Shown here piece by piece: positions 9,344 through 18,613 of a stretch of 64,000 bases of DNA (positions are counted from its first letter, which is position 1; each line of letters begins with the position of its first letter). The stretch is from positions 5,628 through 69,627 of the forward strand of contig CAYWQH010000007.1 of NCBI GenBank assembly GCA_964460855.1, read 5' to 3'. Position numbers and translations under genes: made by a program. The DNA comes from an uncultured Candidatus Saccharibacteria bacterium. Its GTDB lineage: Bacteria > Patescibacteriota > Saccharimonadia > Saccharimonadales > UBA10212. The notes under the pieces were generated by a model. It saw only the letters and a program-made list of their open reading frames with translations, was not told where the DNA came from and made no database searches.

Positions 9344-9796
9344 GTGATCAAGCAGCAGCTAGAAAGTGATTTAAAAGCTGCGCTTTTGGCCGGCGAAAAA
9401 CAAAAAGCTATGGCGCTGCGCGGCTTAAAAAGCGCCGTTTTATACGAAGAAGTGGCTTTGGGCAAAAAAGAGTCCGGCTTAAGTGACGAAGAAATTGCTA
9501 AAGTTTTTGGCCGCGAGTTAAAAAAACGCCAAGAAGCTGCCGAACTGTTCCGCCAAGGCGGCAATAACGAAAAAGCAGACAGCGAATTGGCCGAAGCCAA
9601 ACTAATCCAAGCCTACCTGCCAGAACAAATCAGCGAAGAGCAGCTGAGGGAAGCGGTAAAGGCCGAAGTAGCCAAACTGCCCAGTCGGGAACCAAAAATG
9701 ATCGGACAGGTGATTGGTGCCATCCGCGGCCGGTTTCCCGGCCAGGTCGACGGCGCAGCCGCCGCCCGGATTGCCAAAGAAGAACTGGAAAAATAA
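9344..9796 (+). CDS. yqeY: GatB/YqeY domain protein
   Basis: 150 aa. MIKQQLESDLKAALLAGEK..ALRGLKSAVLYEEV..GRELKKRQEAAELFRQGG is the YqeY family pattern. GTG start 3 nt after the rpsU stop. Confidence 0.85.
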   Translation: MIKQQLESDLKAALLAGEKQKAMALRGLKSAVLYEEVALGKKESGLSDEEIAKVFGRELKKRQEAAELFRQGGNNEKADSELAEAKLIQAYLPEQISEEQLREAVKAEVAKLPSREPKMIGQVIGAIRGRFPGQVDGAAAARIAKEELEK

Positions 9797-9797
9797 A

Positions 9798-10334
9798 GTG
9801 ATAATCTTAATTGGCGTAACCGGCGCCGGCAAAAGCGTCCAGGGCGAACAATTGGCTAAAACGCTCGGCTGCAGCTGGCTGTCGGTAGGCGAACTGCTGA
9901 GGCGCCAAAACCAGGACCATATAAAACAAATACTGCAAGCCGGGCAGTTGCTTGATGATAACGAAACCATCCGTTTGCTTGAGCCCGAATTAGGCTCACA
10001 GGGCCCGGAAGCCAAGCAAATAATTATCGAGGGTTTTCCGCGCAGTTTATACCAGGCCCAGTGGCTGGTTAAAAAAATCCGTCAAGGAGCTTTTAATATT
10101 GACGCCATAATTAACATTGCCGTACCGCCGGAAGTGGTGGCTGAGCGGTTAGCCAAACGCGGCCGGCACGACGACCACCAGGCGGCCATTCAAATCCGTA
10201 TGCAGGAATACGATAAGTCCATCCGGCCAATTAAAGATTACCTAAGCGAAAATGGCGTGCCGGTTTACGACATCGACGGCCGCGGTACTATCGCAGAAGT
10301 CCAGCAAAGAATTATCCAGGCCCTGCAAAAGTGA
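9798..10334 (+). CDS. adk: Adenylate kinase-like nucleoside monophosphate kinase (short type)
   Basis: I place the start at GTG 9798 (VIILIGVTGAGKS P-loop) rather than the track's 9714, which overlaps yqeY. Motifs LSVGELLR, EGFPRSLYQAQWL and RGRHDD match adenylate kinase, although the P-loop is atypical. Confidence 0.7.
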   Translation: MIILIGVTGAGKSVQGEQLAKTLGCSWLSVGELLRRQNQDHIKQILQAGQLLDDNETIRLLEPELGSQGPEAKQIIIEGFPRSLYQAQWLVKKIRQGAFNIDAIINIAVPPEVVAERLAKRGRHDDHQAAIQIRMQEYDKSIRPIKDYLSENGVPVYDIDGRGTIAEVQQRIIQALQK

Positions 10335-11083
10335 AAAGTTATATAAAATCGGCTAGCGAAATTGAAGCGATGCGCCATGGCGCTAAAATTTTGGCCCAGT
10401 CTTTAATTAATGCCAGGGCTAAAGCCGCCGCCGGTATGCGAACCAAGGAGCTGGCCGACAGCATCGCCCTGGATTTAAAAGGCTTTGGCGTGCGCCCGGC
10501 ATTTTTAGGTTACAACGGCTTTCCGGATGTCGCTTGCATTTCGGTTAATAACGAAGTGGTGCACGGCATTCCTGGCAGCCGGGTTATTAAGCAAGGCGAT
10601 ATAGTAAGTATCGATTTAGGCGTGGTTTACAAAGGGTTAATAACTGACAGCGCCACAACCGTATATATAGGAAGCAATGAGCCTGAAGATATTAAAACTT
10701 TAATGCGGTCTACGGAAAAAGCATTATATGACGGAATTGCCGCTATCAATGGCGAAACACCGGTAGGTACCGTAGCCGCCGCCATCCAAAAAGAACTGGA
10801 CAGCCACAAACTCGGTATTGTCAGGGATTTAGTCGGCCACGGCGTGGGCCACGGCATGCACGAGGACCCCAACATTCCCAATTACGGCATAAAAGGCGCC
10901 GGTTTCCGCCTGCAGCCGGGCATGACGGTCGCCATTGAGCCAATGGCTACTTTAGGCGGCTGGCAGGTAAATATAAATAAAGATGGCTGGACGGTCGTAA
11001 CCAGGGACGGTTCGCTCGCCGCCCACTTTGAGCATACCGTATTAATAACCGAAGGCCCGGCCGAAATCCTCACCAAAGCCTAA
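10331..11083 (+). CDS. map: Methionine aminopeptidase, type I
   Basis: 250 aa. Metal-ligand context is present (VVHGIP, DLGVVYKGLITDSATT, GHGVGHGMHEDP, AIEP, HFEHTVLIT). There is a 4-nt overlap with adk. Confidence 0.95.
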   Translation: MKSYIKSASEIEAMRHGAKILAQSLINARAKAAAGMRTKELADSIALDLKGFGVRPAFLGYNGFPDVACISVNNEVVHGIPGSRVIKQGDIVSIDLGVVYKGLITDSATTVYIGSNEPEDIKTLMRSTEKALYDGIAAINGETPVGTVAAAIQKELDSHKLGIVRDLVGHGVGHGMHEDPNIPNYGIKGAGFRLQPGMTVAIEPMATLGGWQVNINKDGWTVVTRDGSLAAHFEHTVLITEGPAEILTKA

Positions 11084-11138
11084 TTGTTATCACCCCTTGA
11101 CTTGCCAGCATTAAACTATTAGCGCTATACTTCTCTTG

Positions 11139-12374
11139 ATGAACGAACAACAAATTTCGTACTTTGTTGGTATTGATATAGGTACCACGGCTGTCCGCTG
11201 CGTCGTGGGCGAATTACGCCTGGAAGCCATGAAGCCAAGTATTATCGGTTACGCCGAAATTGAAAATAGCGGCATGCGCCGGGGCAACATCGCCCATACC
11301 GACGAAGTCGCCCAAGCTGTAATTAATGCTACCAACGAAGCCGAGCGGATGAGTGGCCGGCAGATAAAGACCGCTACGGTCAATATTAATGGCGCGCACG
11401 TCCAGGGTTTGGGCTCTAAGGGAGTGATTGCCATTAGCTCGGCCAACCGGCAAATTACCGCCGAAGACCGCTTTAGGGTGGAAGAAGCGGCCACGATCGT
11501 CCAATTGCCGCCTAACAAAGAAATAATCCAGGTGTTTGCTAAAAATTATCATCTGGACGGCCAGGACAACATTAAAGACCCGATTGGCATGCACGGCGTA
11601 CGTCTGGAAGTTGATACGGAAATTGTCGTTGCCTCCACGCCGGCCCTGAAAAACCTCGATTTAGTATTGCAAAAAGCCGAAGTAACGGCGGCTCACCGCA
11701 CGGTCTCGGGCTTGGCCGCCGCCGAAGCGACCCTCGACCGCAAGCAGAAAGAATCGGGCACGGCTGTGCTGGATATCGGCGCTTCTACTACCAACCTGGT
11801 AGTCATCGAAGACGGCGAAATCGAACACGTGGCGGTAATCCCGATGGGCGGCATGCACGTAACCAACGACCTGGCTATCGGCCTAAAAACCGAACTTGAT
11901 ATAGCCGAGACCATCAAAATCAAGCAAGCAACCCTGATAGGTAACCCCCGGGGCGAGACATCATTATTAAAGGACGGCATCGAGCACCACTTTGACCGCA
12001 AACTTATGTATATGGTCGTCGAAGCCCGCATGGAAGAATTGTTGGAATTCGCCGATAAGGAACTTAAAAAAGTCCAAAAATCGAAAAAATTGCCGGGCGG
12101 CATCGTGCTGGTCGGCGGCGGTTCCAAAATCCCGGGAATGGTGGAATTTACTAAAGAACAAATGCAGCTGCCAGCCCGGCTGGGCAGCTGGAAACATATT
12201 GAAAGGGTAGTGGACGGCCTGGACGACCAGACATTCGCCACGCCAGTTGGCTTAATGATGCTGGATATGCTGCTTGGCCCGCCGGCTGAAATGCCCGAAT
12301 TCGGTAATAAAATTTTTGGTAATATTCAAAATTCGGTTAAAAGTTTACTCAAAAGAAATAAGCAGCAATCTTAA
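11139..12374 (+). CDS. ftsA: Cell division protein FtsA
   Basis: Actin-like ATPase motifs (VGIDIGTTAVRCVVG, VLDIGASTTNLVV, VLVGGGSKIPG) and a position immediately upstream of ftsZ. ATG at 11139 (the track starts at TTG 11136). Confidence 0.9.
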   Translation: MNEQQISYFVGIDIGTTAVRCVVGELRLEAMKPSIIGYAEIENSGMRRGNIAHTDEVAQAVINATNEAERMSGRQIKTATVNINGAHVQGLGSKGVIAISSANRQITAEDRFRVEEAATIVQLPPNKEIIQVFAKNYHLDGQDNIKDPIGMHGVRLEVDTEIVVASTPALKNLDLVLQKAEVTAAHRTVSGLAAAEATLDRKQKESGTAVLDIGASTTNLVVIEDGEIEHVAVIPMGGMHVTNDLAIGLKTELDIAETIKIKQATLIGNPRGETSLLKDGIEHHFDRKLMYMVVEARMEELLEFADKELKKVQKSKKLPGGIVLVGGGSKIPGMVEFTKEQMQLPARLGSWKHIERVVDGLDDQTFATPVGLMMLDMLLGPPAEMPEFGNKIFGNIQNSVKSLLKRNKQQS

Positions 12375-12449
12375 ATTTGGCCCGGGAGTACTTTAATTGT
12401 TCGATTTTTTGATGTTGGCTTCAGGGCGTTTTTAGCCTGAGTATTTATT

Positions 12450-12479
12450 TTGCATCTATAGCCAGCCTTAAAGTATAAT
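12450..12479 (+). promoter_or_regulatory. Candidate promoter of ftsZ (TTGCAT-18 nt-TATAAT)
   Basis: Perfect -10 TATAAT at 12474-12479 and a weak -35 TTGCAT at 12450-12455. AGGAG at 12489-12493 precedes the ATG at 12504. Confidence 0.4.
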
Positions 12480-12503
12480 CTAGCTGATAGGAGTTTTTAA
12501 TTT

Positions 12504-13787
12504 ATGCCCCAAGTAGTGCCAGAGGTAGAGACTTTTGCGCTGATAAAAGTCGTAGGTGTCGGCGGTGCCGGCGGCGCGGCTATTAACCGGATGGTAGACG
12601 CCGGAATTGAAGGCGTTGAATTTATTGCCGTAAACACCGATGCCCAGGCTTTGCACCACAGCCGGGCCCACCGTAAAATCCATATCGGCAAAGAAACAAC
12701 CCGCGGATTGGGCGCCGGCGCCGAACCGTCTGTCGGCCAAAAAGCCGCCGAGGAATCCAAAGAAGAAATCGCCGACGTATTAAAAGACGCCGACATGGTA
12801 TTCGTGACAATCGGGGCGGGCGGTGGTACCGGCAGCGGTGCCGGCCACATCGTAGCCAAAGCCGCCAAAGAAAGCGGTGCCTTAGTGGTAGGCTTTGCCA
12901 CCAAACCATTTGCCTTCGAGGGCGAAAAGCGCCGGCGCAATGCCGATGCGGCCATCGATAACTTACGCCGCAATGTAGACACACTGATAATTATTCCCAA
13001 CGACCGCTTACTCCAAACCATAGACCGGCGGACGCCTTTGCTAGAAGCTTTTAAAGTTGCCGACGATGTTTTACGCCAAGGGGTCCAGGGCATATCTGAC
13101 CTGATAACCGTGCACGGCCTGATTAACCTCGACTTTGCCGATGTAAAAACGGTTATGGCCAGCGCCGGGTCGGCACTGATGGGTATCGGCCGGGCCAGCG
13201 GCGAAAACCGGGCCGTGGAAGCCGCGCAGCAGGCTATTGCCTCACCATTATTGGAAGTATCCATAGATGGCGCCCGCGGCATACTGTTTAATGTCATTGG
13301 CGGCCACGATATGTCCATGCATGAGATAAATACCGTGGCAGAAACCATTACAACTGCCGCAGATCCCGAAGCTAATATCATATTTGGTGCAACAATTAAT
13401 CCTGACCTGGACGGTGAAATTATTGTTACGGTAGTCGCCACCGGTTTTGAAGCTTCTTACTACAGCAACCGCAGCTCGGTGCGGCGGGTATCGGCGCCTG
13501 AAACGGACTATAAAGAAGAAGAACGTAAAGCAGAGGCACCCCAACCGGCTAAAGTTACATCGGTAGATGATAAAGCCATGGCCGACATCGACATGGACCT
13601 CGAAAAAGAAACTGATGCCGCCCAGCTTCACGCCGAATTCCATAAAGAAGAAGACGACGTGCCAAATATCTGGGCTTTGCCCGACAAAGAAGCCGAGTCA
13701 GATACTAATTTGCCCTCTGACGACCAAGAAGCCGAGTTGGAAAAACCATCGTTTTTACGCCGTTTGAAAAAACGAAGTAAAGATTAG
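12504..13787 (+). CDS. ftsZ: Cell division protein FtsZ
   Basis: Tubulin signature GGGTGSGAG plus NTDAQAL. A long acidic linker is followed by the C-terminal peptide [10 protein letters not shown] (the FtsA-binding-type tail). Confidence 0.97.
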   Translation: MPQVVPEVETFALIKVVGVGGAGGAAINRMVDAGIEGVEFIAVNTDAQALHHSRAHRKIHIGKETTRGLGAGAEPSVGQKAAEESKEEIADVLKDADMVFVTIGAGGGTGSGAGHIVAKAAKESGALVVGFATKPFAFEGEKRRRNADAAIDNLRRNVDTLIIIPNDRLLQTIDRRTPLLEAFKVADDVLRQGVQGISDLITVHGLINLDFADVKTVMASAGSALMGIGRASGENRAVEAAQQAIASPLLEVSIDGARGILFNVIGGHDMSMHEINTVAETITTAADPEANIIFGATINPDLDGEIIVTVVATGFEASYYSNRSSVRRVSAPETDYKEEERKAEAPQPAKVTSVDDKAMADIDMDLEKETDAAQLHAEFHKEEDDVPNIWALPDKEAESDTNLPSDDQEAELEKPSFLRRLKKRSKD

Positions 13788-13858
13788 CAGTTTGTATTTA
13801 ATACAGCATATAAAAGCTTGCCTAAGCTCCATAAATAGCGTTAATATACTTGCTGTAT

Positions 13859-13874
13859 ACACTATATATAGTGA
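13859..13874. promoter_or_regulatory. NrdR-box-like palindrome upstream of nrdR-nrdJ
   Basis: cactatatatagtg (13860-13873) is a perfect 14-nt palindrome. With its flanks (acactatatatagtga) it matches the published NrdR box consensus acaCwAtATaTwGtgt. It lies 41 nt before the nrdR ATG. Confidence 0.55.
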
Positions 13875-13914
13875 TAAGAACCTTGCAATAATTGCTAGAA
13901 AGAGATAAAAAACT

Positions 13915-14373
13915 ATGAAATGCCCGCATTGCCAATCTGTAGAAAGTAAAGTCATCGAATCAAGGGACGTAGCTGATGGTGATGCGATTCGGCGCCGGCG
14001 CGAATGCCTGCATTGCCAGTACCGATTTACTACCTACGAACGTATCGAGCGGCCCAACCTGGTAGTTGTAAAGCGCAATGGAGACCGGCAGCTGTTCAAC
14101 CGCGAAAAATTGCTTAGCGGTTTGCAGCGGGCAATCGAAAAGACACCGGTAACCAATATGCAGCTGGAGGCTTTCGTGGCTGACATAGAACGCGAGCTTT
14201 ATGCCCGCGGCGACCCGGAGGTTTCATCGGTAGATATCGGCGAGCTGGTTATGGACCACTTAGCCGACTTGAACGAAGTGGCTTACGTAAGGTTCGCCAG
14301 CGTTTACCGGAACTTTAAAAACATTTCGAGTTTCGAAAAAGAATTATCTCAATTCCGGCAACGCAAAGCCTGA
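13915..14373 (+). CDS. nrdR: Transcriptional repressor NrdR
   Basis: 152 aa. N-terminal zinc ribbon MKCPHCQ..CLHCQYRFTTYE plus an ATP-cone domain. Confidence 0.95.
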   Translation: MKCPHCQSVESKVIESRDVADGDAIRRRRECLHCQYRFTTYERIERPNLVVVKRNGDRQLFNREKLLSGLQRAIEKTPVTNMQLEAFVADIERELYARGDPEVSSVDIGELVMDHLADLNEVAYVRFASVYRNFKNISSFEKELSQFRQRKA

Positions 14374-14524
14374 TTTTGTGTGTTGCCCTGGGCGACTTTT
14401 GCCGCTAATATTAAGGTTGTCTAGGGGAGCACATCGCCTATCCTGCAAGTGAGACAGGGCACGCGGGCCGACTCTAAATAAAAACTATTTAAAAATACAA
14501 ATTAACTTAAGTGAGGGTATTATT

Positions 14525-17356
14525 ATGGCGCAAGCTACAAGCTTAGGGGTCAAGCGTTTTTTTACTAAACCTAAACAAACAGCTTATGAGCTGTTGGATT
14601 GGGTAAAACGCGACTCGATTATTACTAACCCGATGACCAGCAAAGCGGTTTTCGAACAAAAAGGCGTGGAATTTCCTAATGGCTGGTCGCTAAACGCCAT
14701 TAACATTGTGGCCCAGAAGTACTTTACCGGCACGCCCGGCAAAAACGACCGCGAAGCATCGCTGAAGCAATTGATCGACCGGGTAGCCAATACGATTACC
14801 CGCCAGGGGCTGCAAGAGGATTACTTCGAAACCGAAGCTGAAGCTAACGACTACAAAGAAGAACTTAAATATATCCTGGCTACCCAACGCGCGGCCTTTA
14901 ATTCGCCGGTGTGGTTTAACATTGGCGTCCCCAGCCGGGCCCAGCAGGCCAGCGCCTGCTTTATACTGGGCATCGAAGACAATATTGAATCTATCTTGAA
15001 CTGGTATGTAGAAGAAGGAATGATTTTTAAAGGCGGATCCGGGGCCGGCCTAAACTTAAGCCCGCTGCGCTCCTCTTATGAGAAGTTAGGCGGCAGCGGC
15101 GGCACATCATCAGGCCCGGTCAGCTTTATGCGCGGCGCTGATGCCAGCGCCGGCACAATCAAAAGCGGCGGCAAAACCCGGCGGGCAGCCAAAATGGTCA
15201 TTTTAAATTCCGACCACCCTGACGTAGAAGATTTTATCTGGAGCAAAGCACTGGAAGAGCGCAAAGCCAGGGTGCTGCAAGAAGCCGGCTTTGATATGAG
15301 CCTGGACGGCAAAGATTCTTTCTCCGTGCAATATCAGAACGCCAACAACTCCGTACGGGTAACCGACGACTTTATGCAGGCTGTAATCGATGACAAAGAC
15401 TGGGATTTAACCGCCGTTACAGACGGGCGGGTAGTAAAAACCGTTAAGGCCAAACAGCTTTTTAGGCAAATCGCCGAAGCGGCTTGGGAATGCGCCGATC
15501 CCGGCATGCAGTTCGACACTACCATTAACCGTTGGCACACGGCGCCTAACGCCGGGCGGATAAACGGCAGTAACCCCTGCAGCGAATACATGCATCTAGA
15601 TAACTCGGCCTGTAACTTAGCTTCTATCAACCTTCTAAAGTATTTGCGCGACGATAACTCATTTGATATCGAAGCTTTCAAACATACGGTAGAAGTAATC
15701 TTTATGGCCCAGGAAATCCTGGTGGGCTACTCAACCTACCCGACAAAGAATATAACTAAGAATGCCAGGGCATACCGCGAATTAGGCATCGGATACGCCA
15801 ACTTAGGCGCGCTGTTGATGGCCCAGGGCCTGCCTTACGATTCTGAAGAAGGCCGTGCCCAAGCCGCCGCCGTGACGGCCGTGATGACCGGGCATGCTTA
15901 TGTGACCAGCGCAAAAATGGCGCGGCGGGTCGGCCCGTTTGCCGGCTACCATAACGACCGCGAAGCCATGAACAAGGTGCTGCGTATGCACCGCGACCAG
16001 GTAAACGCTATAAATCCTTCTATGGTGTCCGAGGAGCTGTTGAGCGCCGCCGCTACTACTTGGGATGAGGCCGTTGAGCTTGGCGAGCGCTACGGCGTCC
16101 GCAACAGCCAGGCCAGCGTATTGGCGCCTACCGGCACTATCGGATTAATGATGGACTGCGATACTACCGGCATTGAGCCCGATTTGGGCTTGGTAAAAGT
16201 AAAAAAGCTGGTTGGCGGCGGCACCATGAGCATCGTCAACCAAACCGTGCCGCGGGCCCTTAAAGCCCTGGGCTATAACAAGGCCCAAGTTGAAGATATC
16301 GTTAACTATATCGACGTCGAAAAAACCATAATGGGCGCCCCGCATCTCAAGAAAGAGCACGAAAACGTGTTTGCCTGCTCGATGGGCGACAACCCGATCC
16401 ATTACCTTGGCCATGTCAAAATGATGGCGGCCGTCCAGCCTTTTATATCCGGCGCTATCAGCAAAACGGTCAATATGCCGGAAGACGTATCGGTTGAAGA
16501 TGTTGAGCAGATCCATATCGACGCCTGGCGGATGGGCCTTAAAGCGGTAGCTATTTACCGTGACAACTGCAAAGTTGCCCAGCCTTTGTCGATGGCCAAA
16601 AAAGAAGGCGCTAAAGAACCGGCCGCCGAAACCGCGCCAGCCGTAACTGACGTAACCAGTATGGTTAGCCAGGCCCTGGCGCCGGCCCACGAAGGCATCA
16701 TCATCAAAGGGGCCTTTAAGCGCGAAATGCCGCGCCGCCGCAGCAGTAAAACCTACGAATTCCAGGTAGCAGACTTAAAAGGCTACTTTACCGTTGGCGA
16801 ATACGAAGACGGCTCGCCTGGCGAACTGTTCATTAATGTGTCTAAGCAAGGCTCGACTTTGTCCGGTTTACTGGGCAGTTTTGGCATCGCCGTTAGCCAT
16901 GGTTTGCAATACGGCGTACCGCTGCGCAGTTACGTTAAGGGGTTAATTAACACCGGTTTTGCGCCTTCGGGACTGACCGACGATCCCGATATTAAAATTG
17001 TCAGCTCAATTACGGACTACATTTTTAGGCGCCTAGCTATGGATTACCTAAGCTTTGACGACCGGTTAGAGTTAGGTATGGCCAGTATCGACGACATGCC
17101 CGACGACCAAACCAGTTTGCTTACCGAAGAAGAACCGGCAGCGGCGGCTAATGCAAATACCCAGGTTAGCGCCCAGGTTTTGGAAGTATCACCGCCCAAG
17201 GCTCCGGAACCAGCGAAAGATAAAACCAAGAGCCCGGTTAAGTCTGCCCGGCAAGATGATACGGCGCCGTTATGCTACAACTGCGGCAACCGTACCCAGC
17301 GGGCCGGCAGCTGCTATGTCTGTACCAGTTGCGGGTCAACTACCGGCTGCAGTTAA
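14525..17356 (+). CDS. nrdJ: Ribonucleoside-diphosphate/triphosphate reductase, class II (adenosylcobalamin-dependent)
   Basis: 943 aa. Active-site context SNPCSEYM..CNLASINL, no separate beta subunit nearby, and a low-complexity linker followed by the Cys-rich C-terminal tail CYNCGN..CYVCTSCGSTTGCS typical of NrdJ. Confidence 0.9.
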   Translation: MAQATSLGVKRFFTKPKQTAYELLDWVKRDSIITNPMTSKAVFEQKGVEFPNGWSLNAINIVAQKYFTGTPGKNDREASLKQLIDRVANTITRQGLQEDYFETEAEANDYKEELKYILATQRAAFNSPVWFNIGVPSRAQQASACFILGIEDNIESILNWYVEEGMIFKGGSGAGLNLSPLRSSYEKLGGSGGTSSGPVSFMRGADASAGTIKSGGKTRRAAKMVILNSDHPDVEDFIWSKALEERKARVLQEAGFDMSLDGKDSFSVQYQNANNSVRVTDDFMQAVIDDKDWDLTAVTDGRVVKTVKAKQLFRQIAEAAWECADPGMQFDTTINRWHTAPNAGRINGSNPCSEYMHLDNSACNLASINLLKYLRDDNSFDIEAFKHTVEVIFMAQEILVGYSTYPTKNITKNARAYRELGIGYANLGALLMAQGLPYDSEEGRAQAAAVTAVMTGHAYVTSAKMARRVGPFAGYHNDREAMNKVLRMHRDQVNAINPSMVSEELLSAAATTWDEAVELGERYGVRNSQASVLAPTGTIGLMMDCDTTGIEPDLGLVKVKKLVGGGTMSIVNQTVPRALKALGYNKAQVEDIVNYIDVEKTIMGAPHLKKEHENVFACSMGDNPIHYLGHVKMMAAVQPFISGAISKTVNMPEDVSVEDVEQIHIDAWRMGLKAVAIYRDNCKVAQPLSMAKKEGAKEPAAETAPAVTDVTSMVSQALAPAHEGIIIKGAFKREMPRRRSSKTYEFQVADLKGYFTVGEYEDGSPGELFINVSKQGSTLSGLLGSFGIAVSHGLQYGVPLRSYVKGLINTGFAPSGLTDDPDIKIVSSITDYIFRRLAMDYLSFDDRLELGMASIDDMPDDQTSLLTEEEPAAAANANTQVSAQVLEVSPPKAPEPAKDKTKSPVKSARQDDTAPLCYNCGNRTQRAGSCYVCTSCGSTTGCS

Positions 17357-17371
17357 AAAACGAAATCATCC

Positions 17372-17415
17372 AAGTCTCCTGAGCACTGATAGATCAAGGT
17401 TCAGGAGACTTTTTT
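17372..17415 (+). terminator. Rho-independent terminator after nrdJ
   Basis: A perfect 11-bp stem (aagtctcctga 17372-17382 / tcaggagactt 17401-17411) runs directly into a T-tract (17410-17415). Confidence 0.75.
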
Positions 17416-17481
17416 AAGTGCAATTACCACTAATCTGGGTAAATTGACGGTTCATGCTTAATTTTTTGTGTAAATTTAGGT

Positions 17482-17510
17482 TTGTAACAAGGGGAAGTGG
17501 GGATTATAAT
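17482..17510 (+). promoter_or_regulatory. Candidate promoter of the secreted-enzyme cluster (TTGTAA-17 nt-TATAAT)
   Basis: -35 TTGTAA at 17482-17487, a 17-nt spacer, and a perfect -10 TATAAT at 17505-17510. AAGAGG lies at 17532-17537. Confidence 0.5.
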
Positions 17511-17542
17511 TTAGCTTAAGAGTAATAGCTTAAGAGGTGTTG

Positions 17543-18613
17543 ATGGCTAAAAAGCTGTCTAAAAAGCTTAAAAAAATTCGCGCTGACCGGTTTTCCAGGA
17601 CCCGGCTGTTAGTATTTGCCGGCATTTTCGCCATTATCGGTTCTATACTTTTAATCCGCAGTTTCGCATCTGGATTTTCGGCCGCCATAGAACCCGAAAA
17701 CGGCACAGTTACATCCCCGGCAGTTGTCGGCAGCGACGCCAATGCCTCGGGCGGTAAATACGTCCAGTTTGGCGGCACCGTTGCCACCGGCAGCGACGTT
17801 ACCTTGCCGGCCACCGCCGCTTTTTACTATCCCTGGTTCCCAGAAACCTGGGTAGTTAATGGCGCGCATGTATCTTATACGCCCACGCTCGGTTACTATG
17901 ACTCTTCTACCCAAAGCGTGGTAGACAGCCATATCCAGGCTTTGAATTACGCCAAAATTAAGGTCGGCATAGCTTCTTGGTGGGGTAGCGGCACGCATAG
18001 CGAAAACACCCGCATACCTCTGCTAATGAATCGTACGGCGGCTTTAGGTTCGCCGGTTAAATGGGCTTTGTACTACGAAAAAGAAGGCCAGGCTGACCCT
18101 ACGGTTGCCGAAATACAGTCGGACCTGGATTATATAACGGCCAATTATGCCAGCAACCCCAGCTACGCCCACGTCGGGGGCAAACCGGTGCTGTTCGTTT
18201 ATAACGCTTCGGCCAACGACAATACCTGCGCGATTACCGACAAGTGGAACCAGGCCAATACCGGTAAAAATTTCTACATAGTACTTAAAGTGTTTACCGG
18301 CTATAAAACCTGTGCCAACCAGCCGTCTTCCTGGCACCAATATGGTCCGGCTACGGCATTTTCTGACCAAAGGCCATATTCGTATACTGTCAGCCCCGGT
18401 TTTTGGCGGGCCGACGAAGCAGCGCCGCGGCTGGCCCGCGACCCGACTACATTCCAGCAAAACGTCAACGCCATGAAAGCCTCGGGTGCCACCTGGCAGC
18501 TGATTACAACCTTTAACGAGTGGGGGGAAGGTACCGCCACCGAGTCAGCTACGGATTGGTCTACAGCCAGCGGCTTCGGCACTTACCTGGATATCCTTCA
18601 TAACAGCCTATGA
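17543..18613 (+). CDS. Secreted GH99-like (endo-alpha-mannosidase-like) glycoside hydrolase
   Basis: Basic N-region plus a hydrophobic helix (signal peptide/anchor). The motif series FYYPWF, GYYDSS, ASWWG, KPVLFVYN and ITTFNEWGEGTATE parallels GH99 family landmarks. Start is ATG 17543 (the track gives GTG 17537). Confidence 0.6.
   Translation: MAKKLSKKLKKIRADRFSRTRLLVFAGIFAIIGSILLIRSFASGFSAAIEPENGTVTSPAVVGSDANASGGKYVQFGGTVATGSDVTLPATAAFYYPWFPETWVVNGAHVSYTPTLGYYDSSTQSVVDSHIQALNYAKIKVGIASWWGSGTHSENTRIPLLMNRTAALGSPVKWALYYEKEGQADPTVAEIQSDLDYITANYASNPSYAHVGGKPVLFVYNASANDNTCAITDKWNQANTGKNFYIVLKVFTGYKTCANQPSSWHQYGPATAFSDQRPYSYTVSPGFWRADEAAPRLARDPTTFQQNVNAMKASGATWQLITTFNEWGEGTATESATDWSTASGFGTYLDILHNSL

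Noticed and set aside
9714-9797. N-terminal 28-codon extension of the adk-like ORF given in the ORF track
   Set aside because: The extension overlaps the 3' end of yqeY in another frame and is Pro/Ala-rich. The P-loop begins right after GTG 9798, so the shorter start is preferred.
12497-13441. 314-aa minus-strand ORF antisense to ftsZ, and similar antisense or alternative-frame ORFs within infB, ftsA, nrdJ, ileS (e.g. 23908..24384) and rpsU/yqeY (9121..9600)
   Set aside because: These overlap genes with unambiguous conserved motifs on the other strand or frame. They have no start context or motifs of their own.
14374-14524. Possible riboswitch (e.g. cobalamin) or second NrdR operator in the 151-nt nrdR-nrdJ spacer
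   Set aside because: Some long-range complementarity is present (tgccctg 14393 region with cagggca 14456 region). However, there is no B12-box-like sequence and no NrdR-type palindrome, and I cannot support a specific fold by eye.
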